Positions 10,602 through 20,806 of a stretch of DNA of 60,188 bases are shown piece after piece. Each line of letters begins with the position of its first letter. The stretch's first letter is position 1. The position numbers were made by a program, and so were the translations under genes. The notes under the pieces were generated by a model that saw nothing but the letters and a program-made list of their open reading frames with translations, did not search any database and was not told the origin of the DNA. This DNA comes from Promethearchaeota archaeon (GTDB lineage: Archaea > Asgardarchaeota > Lokiarchaeia > Sigyniarchaeales > SOKP01), in contig JAEOTP010000077.1 in NCBI GenBank assembly GCA_016839765.1, positions 1-60,188 of the forward strand, in the 5' to 3' direction.

Positions 10602-11744
10602 TTGAAATGTCAATATTGTGAATATATTATTGTAAAACCCTATCCTAAGGATCAACTCTGCCCTAAATGTAGGAAATTTCTTCCTGAATTATATCAATAT
10701 GTAAATAATTCTGAAGCAGAAGTAAAGCCAGAACCCAAAGAGTTTGAGACTAAAACTTCAACTCTTAGTTCAAAATTTGAAGGAAAAATTAAAGTTAAAA
10801 CAAAAACAGATTCATTTTCGGTTTATGATGAGATAATTTATTTAAAAAATAAAGAGGAATATGTTAAATTTTTAGGTATTACCTCTGTAGAAAGAACTCC
10901 TTTATTTAATAATAATCATCGATATAATTATCTTTTAGAATTGACAAATAACTTAGATTACATTGCAACAAGTATTCTAGGTGGAGAATTAGATAAAATG
11001 CTTCTTACTACTGATAAAAAAATTGAAGAAAAATGTCAATTCTATGTTAAGGATAACATTATCTATATTGTATATGGAATCTTTCCTGATAAAAAAGGTA
11101 AATGGATACTAGAGCAAATGGCAAAAAATTATTCTGGATTAATTCGTGGTAAGGATGTAGATAATTTTACAAAACTTGATAAGTATGAAATTGATAATAA
11201 GTTTAAGGGCTTTCTTAACTCCATGTTAAATGAATATCTAAGTTTACAGGAAGTATTTACAGACCAAGAGATCCCTTATGTAGAAGATTGGATTCGAGTT
11301 GATTATTTAGGACTATCTTCAATGTCGATAGGCGTAATATCACTTCTTTTAGATGAACAAGGAAATCTAAATGTGGATGTACCTGGTGAATATGATAATC
11401 CTGCTGAAGAAATTGAAATGAAGGAATCTTTATTAACAGCTAAGATTGAAGCTATCGCAGCTAATACGTTAGGTAATACTGGCTCTTACCCTAGATGGAT
11501 AGCTGTGAAGTTAGGTTTTCAAAAATACCGATTTTTAACGTTTAAAAAGTATCAACACGACTATTTTCTCTCATTTTTATCTGAAGGAAATTTAAAGAAG
11601 ATTGAGTTAGTTGAGAAGAAAATTGAGCCCTATTTATATCATGGAATAGATACACCCTTTGCTGGTAATTTACGGCCTTTTAATAAATTAAAAGCTTCTG
11701 TAAAAGATGTAATTAATCACGTTCCCGGAAGAAAGTTTATATAA
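10602..11744 (+). CDS. Zn-ribbon protein with probable tandem longin-like domains
   Basis: N-terminal CQYC...CPKC; two beta-beta-helix segments (FYVKDNIIYIVYG...ILEQMAKNY; FKKYQHDYFLSFLSEG...) resembling longin folds. The fold call is inference. Confidence 0.5.
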   Translation: MKCQYCEYIIVKPYPKDQLCPKCRKFLPELYQYVNNSEAEVKPEPKEFETKTSTLSSKFEGKIKVKTKTDSFSVYDEIIYLKNKEEYVKFLGITSVERTPLFNNNHRYNYLLELTNNLDYIATSILGGELDKMLLTTDKKIEEKCQFYVKDNIIYIVYGIFPDKKGKWILEQMAKNYSGLIRGKDVDNFTKLDKYEIDNKFKGFLNSMLNEYLSLQEVFTDQEIPYVEDWIRVDYLGLSSMSIGVISLLLDEQGNLNVDVPGEYDNPAEEIEMKESLLTAKIEAIAANTLGNTGSYPRWIAVKLGFQKYRFLTFKKYQHDYFLSFLSEGNLKKIELVEKKIEPYLYHGIDTPFAGNLRPFNKLKASVKDVINHVPGRKFI

Positions 11745-11820
11745 TTATCTTAACTCTTTTATTTTTTAAAATCTTTTATTATTTGTAATTAATACGATTT
11801 ATACTTCAAATATTTAAATC

Positions 11821-12789
11821 ATGAATCTTACGCCTCAAAAAATCTATGAGAAGCTAAATAATAACGATTTAGATAAAAAATCTTCAATTGATCTATTATT
11901 ATCAATTATTGAAAATTCTGATGAGGATCAATCGAGATTAGAGTCTATTGAAGTATTGAATAAAATTAGAGTCAAAGATGAAAAAATCTTTAAAATAATT
12001 GAAAATTTATTGGTTTCTGATTCAAATCCGGAGTTAAGAAATTCTGCTCTAAATTATCTCTTCCTCAATTATCAAGAGAGAGTGTTACCGCCTATAAAAT
12101 GGGCAGTTAAACATGAAACCTCTTATAAATGTTTAGTAGCTTTAATAAAAACTTTAGCAATGGTTGAAAATACTGAATCTAAAAAAATTTTGATAGAAGA
12201 GTTAAAAAAAATAAGAAAAGTCAAATACCTTAGTATTGAGAGGAGATATGAAAATAAAAAGTTTAAAAAGGGTATAAAAAGGATACTTAAAACGAGTTAC
12301 TTAGAAAGTTTTTCCCATAGTCATATCTCAGAAATAATTATTAATTTTTTAACGGTAAAACATTTATCAGAGAAGCTTCCTAATGTATATTTTGAACTAA
12401 ATCCAAAAAATTTATTAGTAGAAGAATTAGATTTATCAGATTATTTAGAATACGAGGTTAAGGGAACACCTTGGGGATGGAAAAATAATATTTCTAGTAT
12501 ATTTGAAATAAAAGGATTAAATCTTTTGAGAAACCTCAAGAAATTGGATCTCTCAAATAATCAAATTGAAGATATAAAAGAATTAAAAGATCTTAAATCG
12601 TTGACTCATTTAATCATATCAAATAATAAACTTAAGGATTTGAAAAATCTCAGTTTTCTTCAAAGTTTTCCTTATTTAGAATATCTAGATCTATGCGGTA
12701 ATAAAATTGTTAATTATATAAAACCAACTGACTTTAAACCTGAAATAAAAGTGGTCTTAAAAAGATATCTGGTTGAGAGATTTGAATAA
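11821..12789 (+). CDS. HEAT-like + short LRR protein (paralog 4)
   Basis: Same N-terminal module (IENLLVSDSNPELR, PPIKWAVKHE); only about 3 shorter SDS22-like LRRs. Confidence 0.85.
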   Translation: MNLTPQKIYEKLNNNDLDKKSSIDLLLSIIENSDEDQSRLESIEVLNKIRVKDEKIFKIIENLLVSDSNPELRNSALNYLFLNYQERVLPPIKWAVKHETSYKCLVALIKTLAMVENTESKKILIEELKKIRKVKYLSIERRYENKKFKKGIKRILKTSYLESFSHSHISEIIINFLTVKHLSEKLPNVYFELNPKNLLVEELDLSDYLEYEVKGTPWGWKNNISSIFEIKGLNLLRNLKKLDLSNNQIEDIKELKDLKSLTHLIISNNKLKDLKNLSFLQSFPYLEYLDLCGNKIVNYIKPTDFKPEIKVVLKRYLVERFE

Positions 12790-12837
12790 ATTAAAAAAAG
12801 AAGAAAATAAAAAATAAATTAATATTTGAATTTCACA

Positions 12838-14208
12838 TTATACTGACGTAAATTCAGTCTTTTTACCAACACCAAACAAACCTAGTGCAGTACCTAATTC
12901 TTTATGTTCTTTACCATAATCTCTTACAGAAATACCATTCATTACAGCATCAATCGCTTGTCTAAATGCTTTTGCCCCTGCAATAGGACCATCTGGGTGA
13001 GCGTGAATTGCACCACCACTACCAATCATAATATTTGTCCCTAAATCTTGAACACATTTTTCAACCAAACTAGGGGTAATGCCACCAGATGGCATTGGTA
13101 GGGTTCTTTTAATATGTGGAGCATTACGCATTGGCATAACCATTTGTCGAGCAGTTTCCTTGAACCTATCTGCCATTGTAGGTGCTTTACCATATGGTGC
13201 TGGATGTACTATTGTATCACACCCAGCTAATCTTCCAAATTTACCAAGGATTAAGGGACTTGAAATACCACTGAGAGGATCTTGGTAAAAAGCTCCTGCA
13301 AGATCCATGTGTCCTAAAATAGGGACCTTAACAGAAGGATCTTCGGCTAATTTCCTCATGGCAGAATATCCTGTTGAAATATGATTAACCATTAAAGCAT
13401 TTGCTCCATGTTCTTGTACGATGTCTGCTAACTCAAACATTCTTTCGACTCTGTCAGTTATGTTAACTGTATAGAGAGTTTTTTCACCTTTTTCGGAATC
13501 TGCTCTATCTAAAGCTTCCATAAAAGCAGTTACTCTTTCAGTGATAGGATTAAACGCGACATCTGCGATTAATTCATCATCTTTTATAATATCACAGCCA
13601 CCTACCGCCGCTTGGTAAGCAAGTTCAGCACCAATTTTTGGACCAGAATATACGCAAGGTTTAATCATGTTGTTTAGTAGTGGGCGTTCTTTAACTCCTA
13701 AAATCTTCCTAATTCCCACATCTCCAAATTTGGGTCCCTTAAATTCCTTTAAAAATGCTCTGGGAAATCGAACATCAACCATCTTTAATGGACCTCCCAT
13801 TGAAATATTTCCATATATGGTCGTAAAGAGCATAGGAAATTGGGGCTTAAAGTTTAAAGGAAATGCTATTTGTACAACATATTGATGCATTTTAGGGTTA
13901 CCAAAAAAATCTTCTACACCTTCATATTCAAAATCTGGAATTCTCCACCATCCAATTACTTTTGCTACATGTTTTCTTCGTTGTTCTGGAGTTTCAGCGG
14001 GAACAGGAACAAAAGTACCTGTTGATTGTTCAATGCAAACAGCTTGCATCATATAAAACGCATCCATTTTTCTATGAAGCATTGCACTATAAGTAGCAAC
14101 GATATGATTCTCGTAATCAATATCTTCTGGAAGAGCATTAGGTTTGGAAAGATTTTCTAAATCAAAATCATCAAATTCTGAGGGAATTTTTTCATCCAAA
14201 TTTATCAC
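12838..14208 (-). CDS. RuBisCO-like protein (form IV)
   Basis: EQSTGT, GNIS, IKP, GCDIIKDDE, PMPSGG, GGAIHAHPDG present; the KPK second Lys is replaced (KPC) and HRA becomes HMD. Confidence 0.85.
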   Translation of the reverse strand: MINLDEKIPSEFDDFDLENLSKPNALPEDIDYENHIVATYSAMLHRKMDAFYMMQAVCIEQSTGTFVPVPAETPEQRRKHVAKVIGWWRIPDFEYEGVEDFFGNPKMHQYVVQIAFPLNFKPQFPMLFTTIYGNISMGGPLKMVDVRFPRAFLKEFKGPKFGDVGIRKILGVKERPLLNNMIKPCVYSGPKIGAELAYQAAVGGCDIIKDDELIADVAFNPITERVTAFMEALDRADSEKGEKTLYTVNITDRVERMFELADIVQEHGANALMVNHISTGYSAMRKLAEDPSVKVPILGHMDLAGAFYQDPLSGISSPLILGKFGRLAGCDTIVHPAPYGKAPTMADRFKETARQMVMPMRNAPHIKRTLPMPSGGITPSLVEKCVQDLGTNIMIGSGGAIHAHPDGPIAGAKAFRQAIDAVMNGISVRDYGKEHKELGTALGLFGVGKKTEFTSV

Positions 14209-14361
14209 AATTTTAAATTTTTAATATAGTAAATGAAATAATCCATGGAAAAATAATATTTTTATGGAAAACCTAAATAAAAAACTGGAAAAAATTTATA
14301 GTTAATAAATTACGTATTTAGATTTTAAAAGTAGAAAGAAAAAAAAATAAATAAAATTAAG

Positions 14362-15465
14362 TTAATCTTTTGATTTTGCTGTAGATTTTAGGTCTAAGTA
14401 AGAATTCTCAAGTACACTTAAATATTCAATTAATACTTGGCTAGCTTTTGACTTTTTCTCATACTCTTCTTTGATAACATTTAGTAAATATTTAGGAAAG
14501 ATAAGATCAACATAGAAATCAGAAAGTAGGGCGTAATACTCATTGTTCCGTTCATCTTGAAACACTTGAATCATTTTGCTTTCCCAAAGCATCTTTAATA
14601 CCTCATCAACGTCATCTACACCTTTCTTTTTAAGCTTTTCAAGATCATTTCGAGTAACTATTGCGGTTCTTAATAAACGGAGAGTTTCATATACTTGAGG
14701 ATTAATTATAACATCAATTATAGTAAGATTGTCTTGTTCCGAAGGACGATAGTTTTGAAAAAATCTCTTAGATTCGGTACGATAATCTTCTGCTAATTGA
14801 GCTGGCAATCCTCTGTCAGCAGGATCCTTTAAAAGTTGTACAGGAGGTACTCTCATCATTATAATATCATTTGTAAGGAAAATAAGTTCTGAAGGCATCC
14901 CTTTTACAGATGCTTCTTTTATAATGTCACGTTTTATCAATTCAATTAAAACTCCTTCTAAATCAACGAAACCTTGTTTATACTTGTCTTTAAGCCAAAC
15001 CATGAGTTCTGATTTAGACACTACACCTTCTTCTCTTAAACGATTAATGATCATTCTCTTTATTTCATCTTGATAAGTAATTGCTAAGCGCTGCTCATCG
15101 TTTAATGTAGGATAAACAGATAACCTTTGAAATAGTGAAGGAATTAATCGAAGATAAGCATCCTCGTCAAGATTCTGTAAGATTATTCTGGAAACATCCA
15201 CTAACCCACTTTCATAAGCATCAGGATCATCATCTAGATTTAATAGAAGAAGGATATAATATCCCTTATCAGGACCGGTATAATACGAAGCGATATTAAG
15301 GGATCCTACCATTAGACTAATCATACCCGATTCTCCGCTATATTCATGTGTACTATATACTTGCATCAAAGTTTTATCTGAAATATTAATTTCTTCTGGA
15401 TATTTGGCTAAGATTTCTGTACCTACTCTTTCATCCCATTTCATAACAACTAAACCTACTGGCAT
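14362..15465 (-). CDS. Cytoplasmic protein with uDENN/longin-like N-terminus and probable winged-helix C-terminal part
   Basis: 367 aa; N-terminus GLVVMKWDERVGTEILAKYP resembles the uDENN/longin start motif of DENN/AVL9/NPRL2; ATG directly follows the upstream TAA, with GGAGGTG SD inside the upstream gene. The domain call is inference. Confidence 0.6.
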   Translation of the reverse strand: MPVGLVVMKWDERVGTEILAKYPEEINISDKTLMQVYSTHEYSGESGMISLMVGSLNIASYYTGPDKGYYILLLLNLDDDPDAYESGLVDVSRIILQNLDEDAYLRLIPSLFQRLSVYPTLNDEQRLAITYQDEIKRMIINRLREEGVVSKSELMVWLKDKYKQGFVDLEGVLIELIKRDIIKEASVKGMPSELIFLTNDIIMMRVPPVQLLKDPADRGLPAQLAEDYRTESKRFFQNYRPSEQDNLTIIDVIINPQVYETLRLLRTAIVTRNDLEKLKKKGVDDVDEVLKMLWESKMIQVFQDERNNEYYALLSDFYVDLIFPKYLLNVIKEEYEKKSKASQVLIEYLSVLENSYLDLKSTAKSKD

Positions 15466-18400
15466 TTATAATCCACCTCCTTCAAATTCACTTGGCTCAG
15501 GGAGTTGTTTACCCTTCTTTCTTTCAACACCTAAAATATCTCCTAATGATAATCCTAGCATTTCCCATTTATCTCCTACCTTTTTCACCACATATTCTTC
15601 TTTGGAGGGATATAAAAGAGATTCAGAAACAGTTTTCTTACTTTTTATATCACTTCTCATTTCTCTAGCTCTTTTTACAAAAGTTGGAATCCTTGCCTTC
15701 TGAATAGCGCGATATGCTACTAGGCTTCCTACAACAGCCACAACACCGATTACAATCATCAAGAAGTAAAACATGGGGAAACCAGGAAAGATTTCAGTCA
15801 TTTTTACATCAATAAATATGCTTCTAGTAGTATCACTATAGTTTGCTTTCTCAATGTGAAGGGTGGTTGTTAGTCTTTCATTAGCAAAAAATGCATCTGG
15901 TAATATCGCATCTGGAACAATCACAGTATATGATCCATCTCCATTATCAGTAAAATTATATCTAGTTCCACTTACCATTAAATAAACTGTTGCATTAGTT
16001 ATAGGTATAGTATCAATTGGATCAGTTAGGGAGATATCAAAACTTAAAGCATTACCAGATACTACTGACACTATATCTGTATATCCAATCTCGAAATCTC
16101 TTGGAATGATGTTAAGAAAGATGATAGCATCCCTTCTAACGTAATTAGTTTCGCTAAAAGTGACTATTAAGGTATAAGTTGCTATTTCTAAATTTTCTGT
16201 ATTAAAATCTAGTTCAAAGTACCCATTGCCCAAGTCATTCAACTCAACAATTCCATTGTCAACAACGACTCCACCAATTTCCTTCTCCCATGCACATTCC
16301 TTCACGTCAATATTTGACAAACCAGTTCCACTTTGTTCCACAGTATATTCAAAGTAAAATATCTGAGGTATACCAATAAAAACATCGTAAGTATCATATA
16401 AAGCTGCCGTTCCATTCAATCGAGTATTGATTTCAAAGATCTTTAATGGGAGTATAACCGATTTAGTCTCATAGTTCTGTTTGGATGCAGATATTTGAAT
16501 TAAATAATCACCATAAATAGGAAATTGTGAACTACTTAATTCCAATCTATATAAACCTCCTGTTCCATATGGAATAAGCGATCCTGTGACCCCACTTACT
16601 CCAAGACCATAATATTCAACATCAGCTCCATCTATATCCTGATCAGGGTCAGCATATATATCAGAATAGTGAACATCTAATGTAATGAGATCATTCCAAT
16701 AAACTTGAATTTGACTAGCATTAGGAGTTAGACTAGAAGGTCTGTCTAAAAGTGTGAAAGTTATCGAAGTAATATTAGTGATATAACCTGGCTTTGAAGC
16801 AATTATTTCCATTGTATAAGTCACTCCTGCTACCCAACTGGTACCCCCTGGTTCAATGGGATTAGAGGTATCAGCTAGTAGACTATATACACCATTTCCA
16901 GCCTCACTAAAAGATAAAGTAGCTGTATTAATCTTAGTAGTTCCTATCTTAATGTTATAATTCACTATACCATTAGTTATTGGATTACCGTATACTGGTA
17001 AGCCATTTTGAGTGTATGTATAATTTACCCAAACATTAAAAGTATCACCAACGATTGCAGCATCTGTTCCAGAAGAATCTAAATAAAGGAATGATTTAAA
17101 AGTATCTCCAGTAGTGACATTAACTATTGTTTCGAGATATTGATCAAATAACAGAGTGATTACTCCATCATTTGGAGTTGGATCTAAATCATCATCACAA
17201 ACTAAATTCATATACTGAGTACCATGCCATGTCACTGTTAAACTCATATTACCAATATTGGTGATATTATTCCAATGGAATATAAGATTTCCTAAAGAAT
17301 CAGTATATTCAGAGCCTAATAATGTTGGTCCAGATCCATCATCAACAGTAAATGTAATATTTGCTCCTACAACATATTCTTGGAATAAACCAGAATCAAC
17401 TCTGTGAAATGATAAATTTAAAGATGTCAATTCTGTATTTATAAATGCTAAATTATAAATCCCATAGGTATCTACTGTGGTTTCATTGAGTTCTATGGTT
17501 TGTGGGCTTGTTATGGTTAATTCTTGGCCATAACGTATATAAGATGCATTTACGATGTAAGTTCCATTTGCTAAACGATCAAAAACAGTTTTGCCAAACT
17601 CGTCAGTTTGTTGAGACCAAGAAATCGTTGGATTGGTAGCATTCCAAACTGTAATTGTTGTTTCAGGTACTAATCTATCATCAATATCCGTTACATTTAC
17701 CTCTAAAGTGTAGAAGAAACTATCTTGCTTATAGAGATAAACATTTAAAGGTTCTCTTAATGTGGAAAGCATATCATCAAAATGCTGAATCATACCAGCA
17801 TTATCTAAAGTTCCAGTTTCATTTACTCCATCAATTAATTCCCAGAAATAAAGATATAGCTTATAATCTTCACCACCTACATTATTATCTAAATCATTAA
17901 TAGATCCTGGAACAAATTCTACTACACCATCGTTATAAATAACATCTCCTCTTAAATAATTAATATCCATAGAAAAAATGTCTGATAATTCATACCCTTC
18001 GATAAAAATTCCTAGAGCATCTTTTGAGGGATCTGGACCGTTATGAATAATAGTATAGTTTTCAGCAACAAAGTTAGAAGTTCTTATGTCTTTTTGTAGA
18101 GTTCCATCATAGACATACAAAAATTCATTATGATCGTTTAATCCTGTAAGATCATAATAAGTATTAAGTGCAAACATTCTATCTAGTGTTGAATTGAACT
18201 CATTATCAAAGTATATACTACGATTAACGCTCCAAAGATTATAATCATAATAAAAGGTACAAGTATCCTCTACATGCATATCAAAAGCAGTTGTCCAATC
18301 AATCTTGTAACGAGAAAATACTTGACCATTTTGGCCATTTCCCAATGGACTAATAGTTTGAATGCTAGAAGGCATAGAACCAAATTTATAATCTTCAACC

Positions 18401-19755
18401 TCTTGATCAGTTAAAAATGTATTGTATACTGCAACTTCATCAATGATACCCTTAAAGTATTGATTAATATGCTCTGAAGCTCCTATAGTGAAAGGACTTC
18501 CTTCTGCTTGGTCTATATCTGTCGCTCCAGCCCAGGTAGTTGAATCTGGATACCACGTATCTTGAATAAAAACTTCAACGAGACCATTTCTATATCGTAC
18601 AGCGACAAAGTACCATCCACCTGTAGTGGTGATTTTACCAGCAGGTCCGAAATCAGCATATCTATCATCAGTTTCAGTATCAAGATAAACGTGAACATTA
18701 CCCTCGTTGTTAACACCTATTTCAAAATTATCATTATACGAATCACTTGCTTTCGCAAGGAATACATTTTCTGTTTGATGATTAGTTGCTCCACCAGAAA
18801 TCTGACTTGGATTTATCCAAGCACATGCCGTAAATTCATTACTTAAATCGTCAAATGGATCTCCAACATCTTGTAATCCACTAGCATAGCTTACAAAATC
18901 ATTTCCATCAAATTCCATACCATATTGTACTCTTCCGTTTACATATTGCGGATCTCCATTAAGTGAGCCCTCAGGTTCATTACCAGTTGAATCAGAAACA
19001 GAATTTTCAAAATGGGCTAAAAATTTTAGACTTGGATCACTTAATTGTTTTTCAGGTGATAATGATTTATTCAAATGAAAATTGTATCCTAACCTTTCAC
19101 ATTTCGTTACTGATAATCCTTGTTCAAGTTCTAATTCATAATCAGTACCAACCGTTACTGTGAGAGTACCACCTGCTAATAAACTAGAAAAACCAGTATT
19201 ATAATCTAGCTGATTAATACCCTCTGAATTTTCATTATAATATAGAAAATATGTTTTATTTGTTCCTGCTGGAACATCAGCAATAAAGGTTATCGTACAT
19301 GATTTTATGAAATTTGCATCATATTTTGTAATATTCCACATTTGCATTGGAATAGGATTGCTCCATTCATCATTACCCGTCACATTAAATGTTACTAATC
19401 TTTCAGTGTTTTCATAATGTTCATTTTCTCGAAAGGTGAAATATATATCAATTGGCTGATATCTATCAACATAATCCTCTTCTTCTAAGATAAAACCAAC
19501 ACGAAATCGGAAAGTTTTATTCCACCATAATGCTAAATCATATTTATCATTTTGATGAATAACATCAGAAGTTTTTGGAGAAAAAATGGTTCCACCAAAA
19601 TCATCACCCCTACTGACGTTATCATCTGTAGGTGAATCTATACTTTCTTTAACATTAGTTGTATCCGTTAAGAATGTAGCAATAAAAGCTGGTGTTAAAA
19701 GTATTAGTAAAAATATAAGAGAGTATATCGATTTTCGTTTTCTTTTTGTATTCAT
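15466..19755 (-). CDS. Large membrane-anchored cell-surface protein (DUF2341-like, LamG/ConA-like, Ig-like repeats, TM helix, cytoplasmic tail)
   Basis: 1429 aa; N-terminal basic+hydrophobic signal; LamG motifs FTACAWINP, WYFVAV, FKGIIDEVAVYN; repeated GNG.Y.L beta-sandwiches; many N-x-S/T sequons; TM FPMFYFLMIVIGVVAVVGSLVAY followed by an about 80-aa tail. Confidence 0.85.
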   Translation of the reverse strand: MNTKRKRKSIYSLIFLLILLTPAFIATFLTDTTNVKESIDSPTDDNVSRGDDFGGTIFSPKTSDVIHQNDKYDLALWWNKTFRFRVGFILEEEDYVDRYQPIDIYFTFRENEHYENTERLVTFNVTGNDEWSNPIPMQMWNITKYDANFIKSCTITFIADVPAGTNKTYFLYYNENSEGINQLDYNTGFSSLLAGGTLTVTVGTDYELELEQGLSVTKCERLGYNFHLNKSLSPEKQLSDPSLKFLAHFENSVSDSTGNEPEGSLNGDPQYVNGRVQYGMEFDGNDFVSYASGLQDVGDPFDDLSNEFTACAWINPSQISGGATNHQTENVFLAKASDSYNDNFEIGVNNEGNVHVYLDTETDDRYADFGPAGKITTTGGWYFVAVRYRNGLVEVFIQDTWYPDSTTWAGATDIDQAEGSPFTIGASEHINQYFKGIIDEVAVYNTFLTDQEVEDYKFGSMPSSIQTISPLGNGQNGQVFSRYKIDWTTAFDMHVEDTCTFYYDYNLWSVNRSIYFDNEFNSTLDRMFALNTYYDLTGLNDHNEFLYVYDGTLQKDIRTSNFVAENYTIIHNGPDPSKDALGIFIEGYELSDIFSMDINYLRGDVIYNDGVVEFVPGSINDLDNNVGGEDYKLYLYFWELIDGVNETGTLDNAGMIQHFDDMLSTLREPLNVYLYKQDSFFYTLEVNVTDIDDRLVPETTITVWNATNPTISWSQQTDEFGKTVFDRLANGTYIVNASYIRYGQELTITSPQTIELNETTVDTYGIYNLAFINTELTSLNLSFHRVDSGLFQEYVVGANITFTVDDGSGPTLLGSEYTDSLGNLIFHWNNITNIGNMSLTVTWHGTQYMNLVCDDDLDPTPNDGVITLLFDQYLETIVNVTTGDTFKSFLYLDSSGTDAAIVGDTFNVWVNYTYTQNGLPVYGNPITNGIVNYNIKIGTTKINTATLSFSEAGNGVYSLLADTSNPIEPGGTSWVAGVTYTMEIIASKPGYITNITSITFTLLDRPSSLTPNASQIQVYWNDLITLDVHYSDIYADPDQDIDGADVEYYGLGVSGVTGSLIPYGTGGLYRLELSSSQFPIYGDYLIQISASKQNYETKSVILPLKIFEINTRLNGTAALYDTYDVFIGIPQIFYFEYTVEQSGTGLSNIDVKECAWEKEIGGVVVDNGIVELNDLGNGYFELDFNTENLEIATYTLIVTFSETNYVRRDAIIFLNIIPRDFEIGYTDIVSVVSGNALSFDISLTDPIDTIPITNATVYLMVSGTRYNFTDNGDGSYTVIVPDAILPDAFFANERLTTTLHIEKANYSDTTRSIFIDVKMTEIFPGFPMFYFLMIVIGVVAVVGSLVAYRAIQKARIPTFVKRAREMRSDIKSKKTVSESLLYPSKEEYVVKKVGDKWEMLGLSLGDILGVERKKGKQLPEPSEFEGGGL

Positions 19756-20028
19756 GTGTTCATTACCATTTTTTTCAAAATTATTTCTAATTATTCTTAT
19801 AATTTAGATTTTTTAACTTTATTAATACCACTTTTCATATTTAACTTTTTATCATACAAAAGATATATATATAAAATTTGTACGAAAAAGAAGCGTCTTA
19901 CATCAAACAAAAACTAAAGAAATTAATATTTAGAGAGTACAAATTAAATGTAATTTGTAAAATATGATTTTTTGAAATGAAGCCCTTTTAATCATTTTTG
20001 ATTACAAAATGATAATTTGTATGTAATT

Positions 20029-20661
20029 CTATTCTTTTTTTAATAAAAGAAAGATTTTCCGTTTTTTAGCATTGTTTGGATTATCAATTATGAAATTACC
20101 TTTAAAATTGGTGTTACTGATAAAGAGATTTCCAATTTTTTCCATAATTTCATTATTTTTAGGATAAAATTGAATGACTGCTTTGCTATTATTTTTTAAA
20201 GTTTTATAGAATGATTTGGTGAGTTTAATCAGCAAAGCTTCCATTTTTTTGTTGTAAATATCTCGAAAAATCCATTGTAATGCTGATATTGAAATAATAG
20301 CATCGAAGCTATTAGGCTTAAACGGAAGATAACACATATCTGCCACTAAAGGATTAACTTCAGTAAGATTGTAGCATATCAAGAAATCTGAAATAATATC
20401 AAGGGCAACAATTTCAAAGCCAATTTCTTTTAAATACAAAGCAGCAAATCCAGGACCACAACCCGCATCTAAAATTCTAATTTTTGACGATCTTATTTCT
20501 AATAATTCTAAAGCTCTCATCGTTATTTTCTCCTGAATTCTCATCATACTTTTTGACTTTGCATATTTTTTAATGTTTTCTGAGTTGAAATAATCCTTAA
20601 CATTCTCAAAAAGCTCTTCAGGTCTCTTTGTTTTTATATCAAAATAGAATCTTTCTTTCAA
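20029..20661 (-). CDS. Bud23/WBSCR22-like SAM-dependent rRNA methyltransferase
   Basis: RPEE..., IQEKITMRALELL, ILDAGCGPG, FDAIISISALQW, QFYPKN, DNPNNAKKRKIFLLL parallel the Bud23 motifs in order. Confidence 0.8.
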   Translation of the reverse strand: MKERFYFDIKTKRPEELFENVKDYFNSENIKKYAKSKSMMRIQEKITMRALELLEIRSSKIRILDAGCGPGFAALYLKEIGFEIVALDIISDFLICYNLTEVNPLVADMCYLPFKPNSFDAIISISALQWIFRDIYNKKMEALLIKLTKSFYKTLKNNSKAVIQFYPKNNEIMEKIGNLFISNTNFKGNFIIDNPNNAKKRKIFLLLKKE

Positions 20662-20806
20662 ATTCGTTTAACTCTATAGAGTAATGTTTTGACATGAAAA
20701 AAACTAAGGCTTCAATATTAAAACAAAAATTTTATTAAATTTTAAATATTTCATATCCTAATCAGCTTTTTATTTTCACAAGATACAATTTAGTGCGTGG
20801 TAAATA

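Noticed and set aside
12838-14208. Bona fide form III RuBisCO completing the AMP pathway
   Set aside because: Key RuBP-binding residues (K177 and R295 equivalents) are substituted
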